A stretch of 64,000 bases of DNA. It comes from Acidobacteriota bacterium (lineage in GTDB: Bacteria; Acidobacteriota; UBA6911; RPQK01; JADFOI01). Where the stretch lies: NCBI GenBank assembly GCA_963663035.1, contig OY760074.1:1536001-1600000 (forward strand), in the 5' to 3' direction. Positions 62,829-64,000 of the stretch are shown in pieces. Made by a program: the position numbers and the translations under genes. A model generated the notes under the pieces. The model was not told the DNA's origin and did not search any database. It saw only the letters and a list, made by a program, of their open reading frames with translations. The first letter of the stretch is position 1, and every line of letters starts with the position of its first letter.

Positions 62829-64000
62829 CTACCTCCTGCCTCCTATCTTCCGCAGGACGTACTGTAAAATTCCTCCGTGCCGGTAGTAGGCCAGCTCATT
62901 CGGTGTGTCTATACGCGTGATCACAGGGAAGATTTTTTCAGCTCCGTTATCAGCAACCGCTCGCAGGGTGAGCTTCCCAGCCGGTTGCAGGCCATCCTCC
63001 AGGCCCAGCAGATCATAGGTTTCCATACCGGTCAGACCCAGCGTCTCACGATTCTGGCCTTTTTCGAATTGCAAGGGCAAGACACCCATTCCGATGAGAT
63101 TACTGCGATGGATGCGCTCGAAACTCTCCACCAGAACCGCCTTGACTCCAAGCAACACCGTGCCCTTGGCGGCCCAGTCCCGGGATGACCCGGAGCCGTA
63201 CTCCTTTCCGGCAATAACCAGCAGCGGTACTCCTTCCTCTCGATATTTCATGGCCGCATCGTAGATGGACAGAGGCTCAGGCGAAGAAGGATGGAGGGTG
63301 TATCCCCCTTCGGTTCCCGGCACCAACAAGTTGCGCAGCCGGAGATTTCCGAAGGTCCCCCGCATCATGACCTCGTGATTTCCCCGACGAGATCCAAAAG
63401 AGTTGAAATCTTCGGGGCTAACACCGCAAGAGATCAGATAACTTCCGGCTGGGCCCTCTTTGGGGATGGAACCGGCGGGAGAGATGTGATCAGTGGTCAC
63501 CGAATCTCCCAGCATCGCCAGTACCCGCATTCCCTGGATGTCCTTCAGAGGTGGGGGATCAGGAGGCATGTTCTCAAAAAAGGAAGGCTGTTTAATGTAG
63601 GTGGAACTGTCATTCCAGGCGTACCGATCCCCTTCGGGAACGGGCAAAGCCCGCCATCTTTCATCCCCGCTATAGACATCAGCATACTTGCGGGAAAACA
63701 TCTCACTCTTTACGGCACGGCGCAGGGTGGCGCGGATTTCTTCCTGAGAAGGCCAGAGCTCATGCAGATAAACATCGTTTCCATCCCGATCCTGCCCCAG
63801 AGGCTGGTTGTAAAGGTCGATATCCATCCGTCCAGCCAGTGCGTAGGCCACAACCAAAGGCGGGGAGGCCAAGTAGCTGGCACGAACATGGCGATGGATG
63901 CGTCCTTCAAAATTGCGGTTGCCCGAGAGCACGGAACAAACCACCAGGTTGTGCTCCTGGATAGCATCAAGAATGGGCTCCGCTAGCGGACCGCTGTTCC
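62829..64000 (-). CDS. acnA: Aconitate hydratase AcnA (3' part; 5' end beyond the window)
   Basis: VLSGNRNFEGR, YLASPPLVVAYAL, DSVTTDHISPAG, GSRRGNHEVMMRGTF, EYGSGSSRDWAAKG, SFERIHRSNL. Confidence 0.97.
   Translation of the reverse strand, partial: NSGPLAEPILDAIQEHNLVVCSVLSGNRNFEGRIHRHVRASYLASPPLVVAYALAGRMDIDLYNQPLGQDRDGNDVYLHELWPSQEEIRATLRRAVKSEMFSRKYADVYSGDERWRALPVPEGDRYAWNDSSTYIKQPSFFENMPPDPPPLKDIQGMRVLAMLGDSVTTDHISPAGSIPKEGPAGSYLISCGVSPEDFNSFGSRRGNHEVMMRGTFGNLRLRNLLVPGTEGGYTLHPSSPEPLSIYDAAMKYREEGVPLLVIAGKEYGSGSSRDWAAKGTVLLGVKAVLVESFERIHRSNLIGMGVLPLQFEKGQNRETLGLTGMETYDLLGLEDGLQPAGKLTLRAVADNGAEKIFPVITRIDTPNELAYYRHGGILQYVLRKIGGRR

Overview
Mostly core chromosome of a diderm bacterium, probably Acidobacteriota (inferred from the LptD style, tandem lepB and the F1-only atp operon). 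Housekeeping content: lptD-folK-lepB-lepB-lepA, hemW, a Gld-type ABC/GldG/DUF4340 operon, ispG, lpxL-gap-pgk-tpiA-secG-tRNA-Leu, atpHAGDC, queG, M28 and M1 peptidases, acnA and three tRNAs (Glu-CTC, Leu-GAG, Gln-CTG). The most interesting part is 37.9-46.3 kb. A translationally coupled operon there encodes a sodium:solute symporter, EgtD, SenA and SenB (selenoneine biosynthesis, no senC/selD in the window). It is preceded by an unrecognised ~128-nt structured RNA that starts at a sigma70 promoter, with an IHF-like site and four phased DnaA-box-like motifs just upstream. Next to it lie a ferredoxin, a PafB/PafC-like WYL pair and sodC. A more AT-rich ~7-kb insert between lepA and hemW carries a 1518-aa SF1 helicase with an apparently degenerate Vsr-like nuclease domain, a membrane protein and a broken VWA-like lipoprotein gene. 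Intergenic space holds modular and nested MITE-like elements that share a central hairpin and sit on stop codons, plus REP-like palindromes and heptamer repeats. Three genes are frameshifted. No CRISPR array, integrase or transposase was seen.
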